Shown: positions 1 to 11,823 of the stretch, one piece after another
Layout of the letters: the number at the start of each line of letters is the position of its first letter
Position numbering within the stretch: the first letter of the stretch is position 1
Origin: Podarcis liolepis
Lineage: Eukaryota
Reading direction: 5' to 3' (one strand)
Assembly: GCA_965112155.1 (NCBI GenBank)
Contig: OZ218101.1
Length of the DNA stretch: 64,000 nt
The notes under the pieces: model-generated
Told to the model about the DNA's origin: nothing
Seen by the model: the letters and a program-made list of their open reading frames with translations, nothing else
Databases searched by the model: none
Translations under genes and position numbers: made by a program

Positions 1-744
1 ACACATGAAGAGCTCACTGTTTTTAGAATCAGTTAATGTTTATTCTGGAATGGCAAAACAAGTCACAGCATTTGTACTGAACTGTGTGAAGGAGTATATC
101 AGTTTCACTGGACTTAGTCTGAATTTTAAAGATTCAATTTATTGCCCTCTTTTTGGAAATATTCTGCTGCTAAAGAAAGCAAAATGATCTTTTAGTTCTC
201 TATACCTTCCTTGGAGTATAAAAATAAAAGGCATTTGGGTATAGCAAAGACAGCAAAGATAACAAAAATCAATTCTAAATGTATTGATTTGTAGCTGAAA
301 TACAAGTACAGAAATGAATGAGGTTCTCAAGGATTTATGTTCTGAAGAGGGGGAGATCAAAGATGACCAGTATTCTTCATTGATCGTTTGGTGCTCACAA
401 TCACACCTAAAGGAATCTAAGGGGTCATACTGAACAAAAGCTGTCAATGTTTCCATAACTGTTTGGTGTACCATGATATACAATTTCACATAGCTGGATT
501 TCACCTTTATACATAGTGACACTTGTATGTCCAAGTGAGCTTTCAAAGTGAGATTTCAATAAGCCTGTCTTCTGAACACAAGGATAGAATGTGTGTATGG
601 AGCTCATATTCTATCACACTCAGAACTGAAGTTTTCTTCTTCTAATTTAGGCCAATGGTAGCAAACCTGTGCCAGGGTGGGGAACATCAGGCCCATGGAC
701 CAAGGGTGCTCCCCTGGCTTCTTAATCTGGCCCTCAGGACTGGG

Positions 745-896
745 TTGTCAGCACCCGGGGCAAGGCAAGTAATTTGCGCCCCCTAACTCGTGGATTTGCG
801 CCCCCTAACCCGTGGATTTGCGCCCCCTAACCCTAACCCCCAGATGTTACGCCAGGTGCGGCCGGCCCCCCCTGAACCCCCCATGCTACGCCACTG
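745..896. mobile_element. Partial hAT-like MITE with an internal 22-bp tandem repeat
   Basis: Ends in GCTACGCCACTG (reverse complement of a CAGTGGCGTAGC-type TIR). Three units of ATTTGCGCCCCCTAAC(T/C)CGTGG at 772-831, the third partial. Left TIR not found. Confidence 0.5.
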
Positions 897-898
897 GT

Positions 899-1301
899 GC
901 TGGACCATAAAGAAGGCTGATCGCTGAGAATTGATGCTTTTGAATTATGGCGCTGGAGGAGACTCTTGAGAGTTCCATGGACTGCAAGAAGATCAAACCT
1001 ATCCTTGAAGGAAATCAGCCCTGAGTACTCACGGGAAGAACAGATCCTGAAGCTGAGGCTCCAATACTTTGGCCACCTCATGAGAAGAGAAGACTCCCTG
1101 GAAAAGACCCTGATGTTGGGAAAGATAGAGGGCACAAGGAGAAGGGGACGACAGAGGACGAGATGGTTGGACAGTGTTCTCGAAGCGACCAGCATGAGTT
1201 TGACCAAACTGCGGGAGGCAGTGGAAGACAGGAGTGCCTGGCGTGCTCTGGTCCATGGGGTCATGAAGAGTCAGACACAACTAAATGACGAAACAACAAC
1301 A

Positions 1302-1302
<1 letters not shown>
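899..1302 (+). mobile_element. BovB (RTE) LINE, 5'-truncated 3' end
   Basis: ORF 966-1403 reads RVPWTARRSN...LRLQYFGHLMRREDSLEKTLMLGKIEG...RSAWRALVHGV, the BovB RT C-terminus, followed by a (CAA)n tail. Confidence 0.92.

Positions 1303-1376
<74 letters not shown>
1303..1376. repeat. Compound (TG)n(AG)n microsatellite
   Basis: Directly visible next to the BovB tail. Confidence 0.95.
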
Positions 1377-1378
<2 letters not shown>

Positions 1379-1761
1379 TGACTCTTGGTTTTTGCATGAC
1401 TGAATGTAGTTTGCTGTACAAAGCTTCTAGCGCCCACTCAAGAGGAAAATAAAGGGACTGTGGCTGGGAGTTTCCATTAAGCAGGATGGTGGAAGAGAAC
1501 CAAGCTAGGGTTGCCATACATCCTCTTTCCCCCGGACAGTTCCTCTATTTTTTTTAGGGGCGGGGGTGAAATTTCACTCCAGGCAGATTTTTTGAATTTG
1601 CAAAAAATGTCCAGATGTTTACAAATAGAACCAGGAAGTGTGCAAGTATCACTCTTTCCTATCTCTATGGAAAGACTTTGTCTGTAGAAAGACTTGCATT
1701 GCAAGCAGAGCCAGGAAGTGTGCATGTGAGAATCACTCTTAACCTTTTCCTGTCTCTATGG

Positions 1762-1897
1762 CAGGCTTCCTCAACCTCGGCCCTCCAAATGTTTTTGGCC
1801 TACAACTCCCATGATCCCTAGCTAGCAGGACCAGTGGTCAGGGATGATGGGAATTGTAGTCTCAAAACATCTGGAGGGCTGAGGTTGAAGAAGCCTG
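1762..1897. mobile_element. hAT-type MITE with 8-bp TSD
   Basis: TIRs CAGGCTTCCTCAACCTC...GAGGTTGAAGAAGCCTG. Perfect TSD CTCTATGG at 1754-1761 and 1898-1905. Confidence 0.9.
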
Positions 1898-2574
1898 CTC
1901 TATGGTGTACCCGCATGGTGGATAATGAGGTTGGGCAGATTGATGGGTACTACCTAGAACTCTCCAAGTGGTTGCCCATGCTGGTGCCCAGTAAGCTGCC
2001 CGTGAGCAGGCAGGAAAGACACCCTGAAAGGGTCTCAGCTGGCACCTCCCTTAGCGGGCCTCCCCCCCCCCCCCCCCCGCTTAAGGGTCTCCCATATACT
2101 CTGCGTGCCTCAATGCCAGGATTCCCACCGCACCCTAGTGCATTATCCATTGACTGCAATTAAGCTGACTCTACTTAGCAATATTGGAAAGATCTAAGAA
2201 AAGAAGAAGAGAGCTTGCTAGTAAAGAGGGTCTCCCCAAGCTCTCTCAGCCCTAATTAAAAGTTCTTTGTCGAAGGCCAGTGGGCATTTGGAGAGCTAGC
2301 ATGGAGATTAACCAAATCACCTTGGCTACCTCTAAACACAATTCTCGAATGTAAGTTAAAATACACAGCTCTTATGTAAGGTCAGGGAAAGCCCCCCTCC
2401 CCATTTTTTGTGTGGGGGTGTGTGTGTCCTGAAATCTGAAGCACCTAGCAAAGAAAGTGCTGGGGGTTGGGGGGGAAGAGTGGGGGAAATGACTGAAGCA
2501 CCTGACACCCCATTTCCTCCCTAAAAGCTTTGCCCTTTCCTTTGATCACCATACTGCTTGGATCTTCACATTGT

Positions 2575-2727
2575 ATCTCTTTTTGCCATTATGCCTTTAG
2601 AAGACATCTGAAAGCAGCCCTGGATAGGGAAGTTTTTAAAATGTTTAATGTTTTATTATGTTTTTATTTATGTCTTTAATTATGCTGGGGTAACCCAGTC
2701 AGATGGGCAGGGTACAAATAATAAAAT
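2575..2727 (+). mobile_element. L2-like LINE 3' end
   Basis: Encodes FRRHLKAALDREVF, a typical L2 ORF2 terminus, then the ...CCCAGTCAGATGGGCAGGGTACAAATAATAAA tail. Related tails at ~5292-5430 (-), ~27670-27790 (-) and ~42425-42515 (+). Confidence 0.6.
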
Positions 2728-3825
2728 GATTAGGATGACGATGATGGAATAGGATGTCTCTATTTCTATTGGAGAAATGTTGGAGGGTATGGTGTGTGTG
2801 GCCACAGTGCACTCATGCCATGGAAGGGAGGGGTCTCTGTGTCCTCTTTTTTGCTCTTCAAAATATGGCAACCCTACAAGACCATCCCTTGGTTCAGCAA
2901 CATTGTGCATAGTGTTGGTTTGTTTCCAAATCAGGACATTTTCTAAGTCTGCTGGGTTATCTTGTATTTGAGGAGTTAATATAACCAAGCACATTCTGAA
3001 ATGCATCTGTTTCTTGATAGGTTTGGCATCTTGGGATATTTAATACCAAAATAGATGAGAAGTTAATTTTCAGAAGTGCAGAGCTAGAAAAACAAGGTCT
3101 GTCCAAATTCTCTGTATTAATAATTAAACCAGGGATGTATATGTGAAGTGCTTTTTAAGTAATGAACATTAGTCATAAATATTTAACAGTTGTGCTTATG
3201 AAAAATGCCCTAAATTATAGTGAAATGTTAACAAGGATGCCTTGTACTTGACAGAACAATGCAGTCCATGAATATTTCAAAGGAGTCTGTCTGACAGGTG
3301 GAAGTGAATGAGACACATGCTACTCTCTTCCTCTCTATTAGGCTAACACCACAACCCTCGGCTCCAAACCTTTGTTCATTTACACCGAAAGGCAGGCAAG
3401 CCTTTTCAGGCATAATCTAAAAACAACATCTTCCCCATCACTAGCATTATAGTGAACAGATTGACTATGTAGAGAAATCGTTTGAAAGGATATTGGCTGA
3501 ACTCACGGTCAATAACATTATCAAAGTAGTAAATAACACAGGAGGAGAGGCTTAATTTGGAAAGATATTCATGAGTGTAGGATTGAAGAAGATGTCCAGA
3601 CTGTGCTGGCAATCAATAAGTCAAGCTTAGACAGTGAGCGACTTAGCGCTGTGCCAAAACCTGTCCTCCAAATCCCCAGAAGTTTTCTCTCTCTGAAAAA
3701 GGTGCTTCCACTTTTCTGCCTCATTCTCAAGGTATTTTAGAACTTTATAATTTTCATGGGTGTGGGGTGGAGAGAAGTTTTACCTTAAAAAACAAACCAT
3801 GCTAACTTTTTAAAAAATAAAATGA

Positions 3826-3840
3826 CTTTCTTTCTTTTTT

Positions 3841-3895
<55 letters not shown>
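3826..3895. repeat. (TTTC)n microsatellite
   Basis: Directly visible. Confidence 0.95.
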
Positions 3896-3896
<1 letters not shown>

Positions 3897-5150
3897 AAGA
3901 AACAGCAAGTGTCAGGTGTACAGTAGGTAACTTTCCAGCCTTCTCGTGCTTTGAGAAATGGCCAGCTGAAGATTTCACATGGTTTCCAGAAAGCATGTGC
4001 ACACCACAAAATTTGTAGACTAAAGGAAACTAACATTTTTAGCCACCTCAAAAGTAAGGGAACTGCTGCAGCAGCAGCAGCAGCAGCAACAACAAGAACA
4101 ACACCCCAGCCATTAAAATTTAATTGACATTTTTTCTCCGACTTTGGTAACTTTTGGAGGTAAGTTCTTTTCTCATTGTCTGAGAATGGTCAGAACAAGA
4201 GGGAACATTATAATGGACCAGCAACGCTAATCTAGCTTTATCAACTTCATGTTTCTCTTCACAGCATAAAGAGCTGTTGAGCAACTAAGAGCTCATGAGT
4301 TGTGTACTATTTAGAAGTCCTGGTATAAGTGGTAGACAGAAGTCATTCATGAGAAAGGAAGGAAAGGTGTGTGTGTTTCCGTACACCCCCTGTATGGAGG
4401 AGACTGCGACCCACATCCAGTGGAGCTGTGAGCTCGCGTTAGCAGAGTTCCACAAGCAGTGAGGTTGTGTAGGTATGTGGCATCATAATTTTTCTTTATT
4501 TACAGCAAATCAAAACAACAAACATGGCTAGTGCGAACAGGGTCTCAAACATGTGTCTTCTCTGAGAGCAGAGAACAAAGAGCAGAAAACAAAAGCACAA
4601 AGAACAGAAGTTCTGTATCTGTATTTCCATTCCCACACTTCCAGCAGTGTGGAATGTAAATAAGGATCCCATGATCCAAGCAATGGGAGAATGAAATCAT
4701 AACAGTGTGTGCATGTATCACAAGAGGCGCTCCTTACCCATAAATTTAAATAGACTGGAGCACTATGCAAGTATTAATGCTCTTGCATTAATCAACACAG
4801 GAGCAAAGAGGACATCACAGACCTCCTTCTAGGCTCCCTCCTGATGCTTGCATGCACACCACAAAGGTCTTTAGGGAGGGACCCTTCACAAATATACTTG
4901 CAAAGGGTTCCACAGGATTTGGAACAGGGTTCAAAAGCCTGTGAAAGGCTTCACACGGATAACTGTGTATACAAAGCTCGCCCCCCGGCAGACATTTGTG
5001 CTGTACACAAATGCAGAGGAGCAGCATTTGATGCTCAGGTAGGTCTACTCAGAATAAGCTGAGTCAATCCTTTGGCCTATTAATCTTTCTAGCTGGAAGA
5101 TGGCATACCCTCCAACATTTCTCCAATGAAAATAGGGACGTCTTATTCAA

Positions 5151-5213
<63 letters not shown>

Positions 5214-5222
5214 AATAAAAAG

Positions 5223-5291
5223 AGAGATGAGCACTGCAACCCCAGAGTCGGCCACGACTGGACCTAATGGTCAGGGGTCCCTTTACCTTTA
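5223..5291 (+). mobile_element. Sauria SINE 3' fragment
   Basis: GAGATGAGCACTGCAACCCCAGAGTCG...GGGGTCCCTTTACCTTTA, the same tail as the copy at 36928-37251. Preceded by (AAT)n. Confidence 0.75.
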
Positions 5292-5436
5292 TTTGTACCC
5301 CATCCATCTGACTGGGTTACTGGGTTATATGTTGGGTGGCTTCCAACATTTATAAAAATATAATAAAACATTAAACATTAAAAAAAACTTCCATATACAG
5401 GACTGTCTTCAGATGACTTGGGGAGTCAGATACCTC

Positions 5437-5574
5437 CATACCCTCCAACATTTCTCCGATAAATATAGGGAAGTCCTCAGGAAAAGCAGGACATTCCGGG
5501 ATCAAATCAGAAATCGGGATGGGTTCTTTAAATCCAGGACTGTCCCTGGAAAATAGGGACACTTGGAGGGTCTG
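5437..5574. mobile_element. MITE with CATACCCTCCAA...TTGGAGGGT(A/C)TG TIRs (probably hAT)
   Basis: Inverted termini visible. Related ends at ~2771-2791, ~5104-5145 and 52761-52956. Confidence 0.65.
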
Positions 5575-7114
5575 AGATGGTTCAACAATTCATTTGGATT
5601 ATGGATACTGGGGCCTGCACTGGATAAATAAGGTTGCCAGTAATGATTTTGTCCTTTATGTTTCAGAACCCTGGACTGAATTTTGTAAAGCAAAGTTGAT
5701 GGGTGACATTTTATAAGTCATTACCAACTTGTTCGAGATGGCCTAATATTGCAAGCTACTAGATGGACTTTTACCTGAAGATGGTAATTATTTATCTCCT
5801 TTTCTCATCAATCCTCTCTCCCCCACCCCTAATTATTCCTGGAAACATATCAGCTTTCTGCTGGTTGATAGCCATATTGAATCAGAACAGTTTTATTCCA
5901 AATTATGATGTATTCCATATATATGTAATCACAAATGTTATAACTTTATGTAGCTGTTAGCTCTCTGCAGCAGACTTTTGTTTTATATATTTAGTGTGTT
6001 GTCATTGAAAGCACATTGTGTATAGTTTAGTTTGCATTGCATGCATAATTAAAAAGCTAGATAATTCAGTGCCGCAAGCAAATTGGTGACTTGTGTAACA
6101 AAATAATCAGACAAAATGTACTACTAGTAGTAGTTTCTCCCAATTTCTGTTACATTTCTAGAATGCATTAAACAAGCCACATTAAACAATGCCTGGTGTG
6201 CAGCAGTTCCAGGAACAAAACAGTATTTCATGGTAACATAGAAGCAATCATGATTATGATTCTGGCTTCTGTTTCCTAAATCATTGCACTACCTCAGGCT
6301 TATTCTTCTAGAACTTGTCAATTCAATTTTTATTTCCTGATTAAACTCTTCTTTTTTTCTGGCAACTTCTTTTTGTTTGAGATGTTTTGCGGGTATCTTT
6401 TTACAGCAAAGAAAGCTCCCACCACCGCTAACTGTTTGTCAAGATCATGGCCTGGAAGGGAAGAGTTAAGCCTTTCCTCCATGTGTGCTGCAGACCCACT
6501 AGAAATCACCCCGCCCCCACCCACATTTGCAATTACAATTTTTAAAATTAAAAAATCTGTAGCAAGTTCTTCCTCCTGCGAAATTACTGCTGTTTTCACG
6601 AGGATTTAATACACAAAAAAGGCTTTGGACCTGAAGTGAAGCAGTTGTATTATTGATGGCTCTGACAAGGTGCCCGTGGGGCCTATTTTTAATGTGTGAA
6701 AATTGACAAAACCTTCACCCCCAACCTCTTTCCTATAAACTAGAACAAGCCCTACTCCATCCCCAAATTTCTCCCACCCAGCTCCAAAACAACAAATCCC
6801 CAAATTCCATGCTGTATTTGGATGTTGTTTAGTTTCTTTTTCTTCTTTTCCATTTTTTTTACATTCCTAAGGTTTTATAAGCTTCATTGCCCTTAAGCAA
6901 CTTGCATTTCTTTTTAAGGAAATGTATTACACTACCATAGGAATATTGAATAGTTAATATGTGATTCTGTGATTCTATGTATTCCATTATTTAATGCTAT
7001 TATTAATAAAAATTAATATGTTTATTATCGTTCAGAGACTGTAAGCAATAAAAACAAAACAAAAATTCTTTCTAGCATATGGTTACCAGATTTTTTCAAT
7101 GAATCCATGGACAC

Positions 7115-7159
<45 letters not shown>

Positions 7160-9439
7160 GCTGAGTAGCAACAGGGAGTCAGTAATGGGGATGGTGAAGC
7201 CGAAGCACACATGCATATTGTATAAAGGTGCAAAGCCCTTCTTTTGCTCCCTGTGAAACATAAACATGCAGAGTTTTAAAAAACTGGGCAACGGCCTCCC
7301 GAGCCTCCCCCGATCACTCAAAACAAAGGGGGGAGGGGGCAGGAGATCTGTACTGCCAGATGTCCCCGTTTCCCCTTTGGCAGTGGCAGTCAGCAGCCCG
7401 TAGCCAGCCTGGTAGCACATTTGGCTCTGGCTGGCTTCAGGAGCTGCTCACTGCCGTGGCACCTGCCTTTTTTCCACGCCAGAAGTCCCCATATGATGTG
7501 TCTTCTGTGCAACTGCACTAACAGTCTGGCTCCGGGTTGATGAGGCTGCTGCTGCCACATTTCCCGGGGACAGATTTGCAAATCTGGGGACATTCCGGGG
7601 ACAGAATTTGTCAGGGGACAGATTTGCAAATCCGGGGGCTGTCCCTGGGAACGTCTGGTAACCCTATTCTAGCATCCCTTGTAATCAGTCAGTCATTTCG
7701 TTCAATCACCTTCTATGTTATGGAGTCAAAACTGCACCACACACACACGAGAGAGAGAAGTATCAGGAAATTTGCAGTAACCTTGAACTTTGCAGAAGTG
7801 CAAAAAACATTTTTTTTAAAAAAATTCTTTTGCTGAAAAACTACCTTGTGCTATCTCTTATGCTGGATAGGTCATTTCCTGGTTTGCAAGAAAAGTTATT
7901 TTAAAAATGCACTTTATAGAGCTGTTTTCTGAAGTGCCTCTGCCCCTTTTATTAAAGTGCTCCGCAGCTGCATTGAGCAGAGGGGAGGCAGCACATCCTA
8001 TAATGGTTTGCCACTATATTATATAACGTATTGGGAAACTGCCTGAAGAGCTATGAGCATATGAAATATTAGTCATGGTCTTGGGGCAGCCTGCCTGATA
8101 ATAGAAAACAAAATGGTTCAAAAGTCCTTCTTTGCTGTGCTCTTCTCTGTAACAAACTTTTCCATTAGGTTTTGTGAGAAGTGATGCAATTTTTGGAAGC
8201 ATTAAGGCACCCCCCCTCACTGTTTTAAGTGCCCAGAGGCTGCAGCAGTGTGAATTTTAGTTCTTTAAAAGGAACTATGAAATGGAAACAAAGCTAGCCC
8301 TGTGATTAAAGAGAATACGTTACAAAGGCAGGTGAGAGACACCACTTGGAACAGTTGAGATAAAAGATGCATGTAGAGGTTTCTAATAGAAACATAGGAA
8401 AGCATAGGGGGGATCAGAAATGTCAGCATGGGTTACATTTTGGCATAGTAGGAGACATTGAACATGGATTTATATGATAGAAGTTAAAAGGGGGAGAACC
8501 GCCATGGACATATGAAAGTCTTTTCTCATATAGAGAGCAATGAATTATTTAAGTGGCCCTGTTTTGTGCAGAATGAAGCCTATGGTCAATTTGTTTTGTT
8601 AGAAAATCAAGTGCAATGTTTTCACAGGAACCCTTTTTTAAACAGAATTTATTGTACCAGGATGGCTGGTATTTAACTCAGTTGACCCATAAATCCTCAA
8701 TAACATATTGCTCACCTACAAGAAAGAGCACTGTTTCTGGATATTGTCAATCTCATTGTATTCCACTCAACTTCCCTGAGAAAAGTATCTCGTCTTCTGG
8801 AACCTATTGTGAATTCCATTGAAATTCCACATCCCACCTGAGGAGAAATACACAAATTTGATTTGAATTTCACTTTAGGTGAAATTGCTGTGGCACCTCT
8901 AATATTGGTGTGGAATTACCACTTAATTTAGCCAAAGGTAAAATCTCAATGTGAATTTTGAGGTGGCTGGAGTAAAATACCCAAGGAATTCAACAGGTTG
9001 CAGAAAGTATTTCAATACAACTTCTCAGAAATATACAAGGCAGGAATATTTTTTCTGCCTGTTTCAATAACAATTGTCTGATGTGTCCTGACATGAAGAA
9101 GCAGCTCACAAGCAAGGTCCATTGGGGCTATTCTGCCTCTGTTTCCACTGCCTTCCATTCTTATGTGCAAAAACCTAGTTTACAGTAGCCAGGGCATCAT
9201 GAATTGGGGTGCTGAATGACAGAATTACTGAATGACAGAAGAGACATAATAAAATATGCAAAGCATTAAAATTACAGATTGTAGAATTTGGCTTTGCTTT
9301 GGCACACTGTTAGGAAGTTTAACTTAAAATTACGGTAAGTGAAATATGCTTCCCTTCAACTTCCTCCCATTGGTTTTACTCTTGCCCTGTGGAGCAATGG
9401 AGAACATGTCTCATTCATCCCTATAGATGTTTACTGTGC

Positions 9440-9630
9440 TGTCTCCCCTTAACCTTCTCTTTTCCAGGCTAAATGTCTCCACCTCTTTCAACTTCTTCTG
9501 AAAGCAGTTTGTTTCTCAACACTTCACCATCCTGGTTGCTCTTCTCAGGACACCCTCCAGCTTGTCAATGTGCTTTGTCAATGTGGTGGCAATAACTGAA
9601 CCCAATATTCTGAATACAGCCTGACTAGCC
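9440..9630 (-). mobile_element. Degraded CR1 LINE fragment
   Basis: Same orientation and motifs as the CR1 copy at 40533-41036 (CTTCTCTTTTCCAGGCTAAA; CCCTCCAGCTTGTCAATG). Confidence 0.65.
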
Positions 9631-9659
9631 CAGACTAGACTGAAACTAACACTCTAGTG

Positions 9660-9846
9660 CAGAGGTTCCCAATGTGTAATCTGCAGACCCTAGAGGATCC
9701 GTGTAACCCACCCAGGGGGTCCATAGCACCAGTCACATAACAAAACCTACCATAAAGATATCAATTTCTTCAAAGGTAGGTAGGGGTTCCATGGCTTGGC
9801 TTTGAAGAAACAGGGTCCACAGTATTTAGTTAATTGAGAACCACTG
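9660..9846. mobile_element. Old hAT-like MITE
   Basis: CAGAGGTTCCCAA...TTGAGAACCACTG termini. Degenerate 8-bp TSD CTCTAGTG/CTCTCATG. Confidence 0.6.
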
Positions 9847-10207
9847 CTCTCATGTGAATGTGTGTGGACTTAAAGGGAGCGGGGGAAGCAGTGAGTGCAA
9901 ACCCTGTCTCCAGCGTCCCAGTGCGCAGGGTCTCCATGGCAGAAGAGAGTTTCTAAGCATGTTTGGGTGAGCATGCTTAGGAGCCTAGGAGCATACTTCT
10001 AAGCACATTGAATTAGAAGTGGATCTGCACACAGGCAAATTTCTAGGACGCAGCTTGAACGTGCACACCTGTTCCAGTTTAAACTCACACGTGTTCAATT
10101 TAATGCACAAATAGGGCTTATTATTTCATATGATCTGGACACTCTGCTTCTGCTTATAGATATATCTCAAATATGGGAAGGGTTGGTTGTGTGTGTGTCC
10201 TTCCTCT

Positions 10208-10590
10208 TGTGGGAAGTTGTCCGTGGATAGAAACTGACAAAGGACTTCAATATAAGGGTAACCCTTTTATTAGCGCGTTTGCAAAAGCGGACCCTCCGTA
10301 CCCGTGGATACGAAGAGCCCCGATCTGGTTTCAGCACCGTAGTTTTATCCCTTACTGCCGCCCCTCTTTTGGAGGCTTGGCTTACAATCTACCTATCAGA
10401 GTTTAACACATTTCTAATACATTGTTCAATCTACTCTATTCATATTTACTCCCTTCTCAGTGTGGGCACCACCCTTTGGCTCTCCCTTTCTGGCGTACGC
10501 GACTGTGTTATCTTGTATACATGTCTAGCTCTCAAGGCTGAGTTTGAGGCACGTCCTTTCTGTATGCTTTCATTGTTTCCCAATCTCACA
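10208..10590 (-). repeat. 3' LTR of the provirus
   Basis: Identical to 16119-16501 except T10278 versus C16189. On the minus strand: TATA-like GATAAAA at 10349-10343 and AATAAA at 10271-10266. Confidence 0.97.
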
Positions 10591-10606
10591 ATCCCCCCTC
10601 TCTTTT
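10591..10606 (-). promoter_or_regulatory. Polypurine tract
   Basis: Minus-strand AAAAGAGAGGGGGGAT immediately upstream of the 3' LTR. Confidence 0.92.
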
Positions 10607-10622
10607 GTACCTTGCCTCAAAC

Positions 10623-11597
10623 TCACATAATAACTCCCATATTCGTTCCTCCACATACAAAACAATTTTTCACAGTTAGCTCTTTGGCGATAGTCTCAGC
10701 TAGACTCAAAAACATGTTATGAGCTCTTGGGGGAAGAGGTAATTTATTTAATTGTTGTATTTCTTCTTCAAAGCTCTCAAATACTGAGATTGGCTGTTTG
10801 CTGACCTTAGTAGTATGTACTTTTATGATTAGGTGCCCATAAGGATCCTTCCCATTTCCATCTATCCCCAAACCAAGGTGAATATATTTAGGTCTAGTGG
10901 AAGGGAGTTCCTTAGCCCACAGACATACAGGATTGCATTGTCCTGACCCACAGGCCGTCGAAGCCGCTCCCCTGGTGATATTTATCCCCTTCGGACCCCT
11001 ATATAGGGGTATCTCTTCCACCCCATTTGTATACCAATGGTTCGTCACCCTTGTGGCCCCTATATTGGAACCGGCAGCCTGCTGGAACAGGTACTTATTC
11101 TCTTGGAGATAAGCTCTCTCCCAGCTTAATGACCCACAGGTGACTCCAGCTTGGTCGTTAGGCCCCTGTCCCTTGGTGATAGCAATGCACGCATCAAAAC
11201 AAACATGTATCTTCTCTGTGCCCCTGGTGGAGTTGTGAGCTATATATCCCCGCCTATTTTGTGCTAGGGAAAACATATGTGCCCTTTCACTTGCCTTATT
11301 TGCCGTTCCCCCTTTATTTCCATATACATATATGCTGGAGGTGATAGGTCCCACTGCTAGGGGCTCATAACATTCCGTCTTATTCTCTTTGGTCTTACAT
11401 CTAAGATATTGAGTCTGATTGTGGACACAGGGGTCTAATTCTACTGCACACTCGGGGGCAACATTATAATGCATTAAAGTTCGTGTAATTACTGTCCCAG
11501 TTTTAGTAACTCGGATACATTGGCTGCAGCTCTCATCTTGAATTTCGGTGGCCAGGATACTCCCTAGCATAATCAGGAGGCTGAACCCTGCTATCAT
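10623..11597 (-). CDS. env: Truncated envelope: signal peptide plus SU only (324 aa), ERV3/ENR1-like
   Basis: ATG at 11597 gives MIAGFSLLIMLGSILA (signal peptide). Segments CSQC..TRTLMHY..EC..CVHNQTQY and VFESF..LPPRAHNMFLSLAETIAKEL..CFVCGGTNMG closely parallel human ERV3-1 Env as I recall it. Stop follows the CXXC motif; no furin site, fusion peptide, ISD or TM. Confidence 0.9.
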   Translation of the reverse strand: MIAGFSLLIMLGSILATEIQDESCSQCIRVTKTGTVITRTLMHYNVAPECAVELDPCVHNQTQYLRCKTKENKTECYEPLAVGPITSSIYVYGNKGGTANKASERAHMFSLAQNRRGYIAHNSTRGTEKIHVCFDACIAITKGQGPNDQAGVTCGSLSWERAYLQENKYLFQQAAGSNIGATRVTNHWYTNGVEEIPLYRGPKGINITRGAASTACGSGQCNPVCLWAKELPSTRPKYIHLGLGIDGNGKDPYGHLIIKVHTTKVSKQPISVFESFEEEIQQLNKLPLPPRAHNMFLSLAETIAKELTVKNCFVCGGTNMGVIM

Positions 11598-11818
11598 TGC
11601 CTCCGTCTTAATTGGTTTACTGCTTGCACTACCGTGGGAGTCCAGCTCAGACTGCAATTGACCTCTCCCTCAAGGGTGATGGCACAATATTGTATAATTA
11701 TGTCTTCTATAAAAATTATGTCACACAACTCAGTGCAATGCACACATAACACACAACATTCGCAATGAGCGCAGCAACAGCATTCATAAAAACATTTGCA
11801 AGTACAGAATAGACACAT
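11594..11818 (-). CDS. Candidate Cys-rich retroviral accessory protein (74 aa) between pol and env
   Basis: ATG 5 nt after the pol stop; TGA overlaps the env ATG (ATGA). Fills the whole pol-env gap. 16 Cys, 14 of them in the first 32 aa. Confidence 0.6.
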   Translation of the reverse strand: MCLFCTCKCFYECCCCAHCECCVLCVHCTELCDIIFIEDIIIQYCAITLEGEVNCSLSWTPTVVQAVNQLRRRQ

Positions 11819-11823
11819 CGAGG

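Noticed and set aside
139-546. 135-aa minus-strand ORF as a host exon
   Set aside because: Non-ATG start, no recognisable domain, no supportable splice structure.
1626-1761. Short direct duplication containing CCAGGAAGTG (ETS-like) twice
   Set aside because: Imperfect local duplication next to MITEs, with no evidence of regulatory function.
10173-10722. Plus-strand ORFs (77 and 147 aa), duplicated at 16120-16513, as possible antisense viral genes
   Set aside because: They lie within the LTR, are duplicated only because the LTR is, mostly start at non-ATG codons or in flanking DNA, and show no motif.
11598-11657. 20-aa N-terminal extension of env in the ORF track
   Set aside because: It starts at TTG. 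The ATG at 11597 directly precedes the hydrophobic signal peptide.
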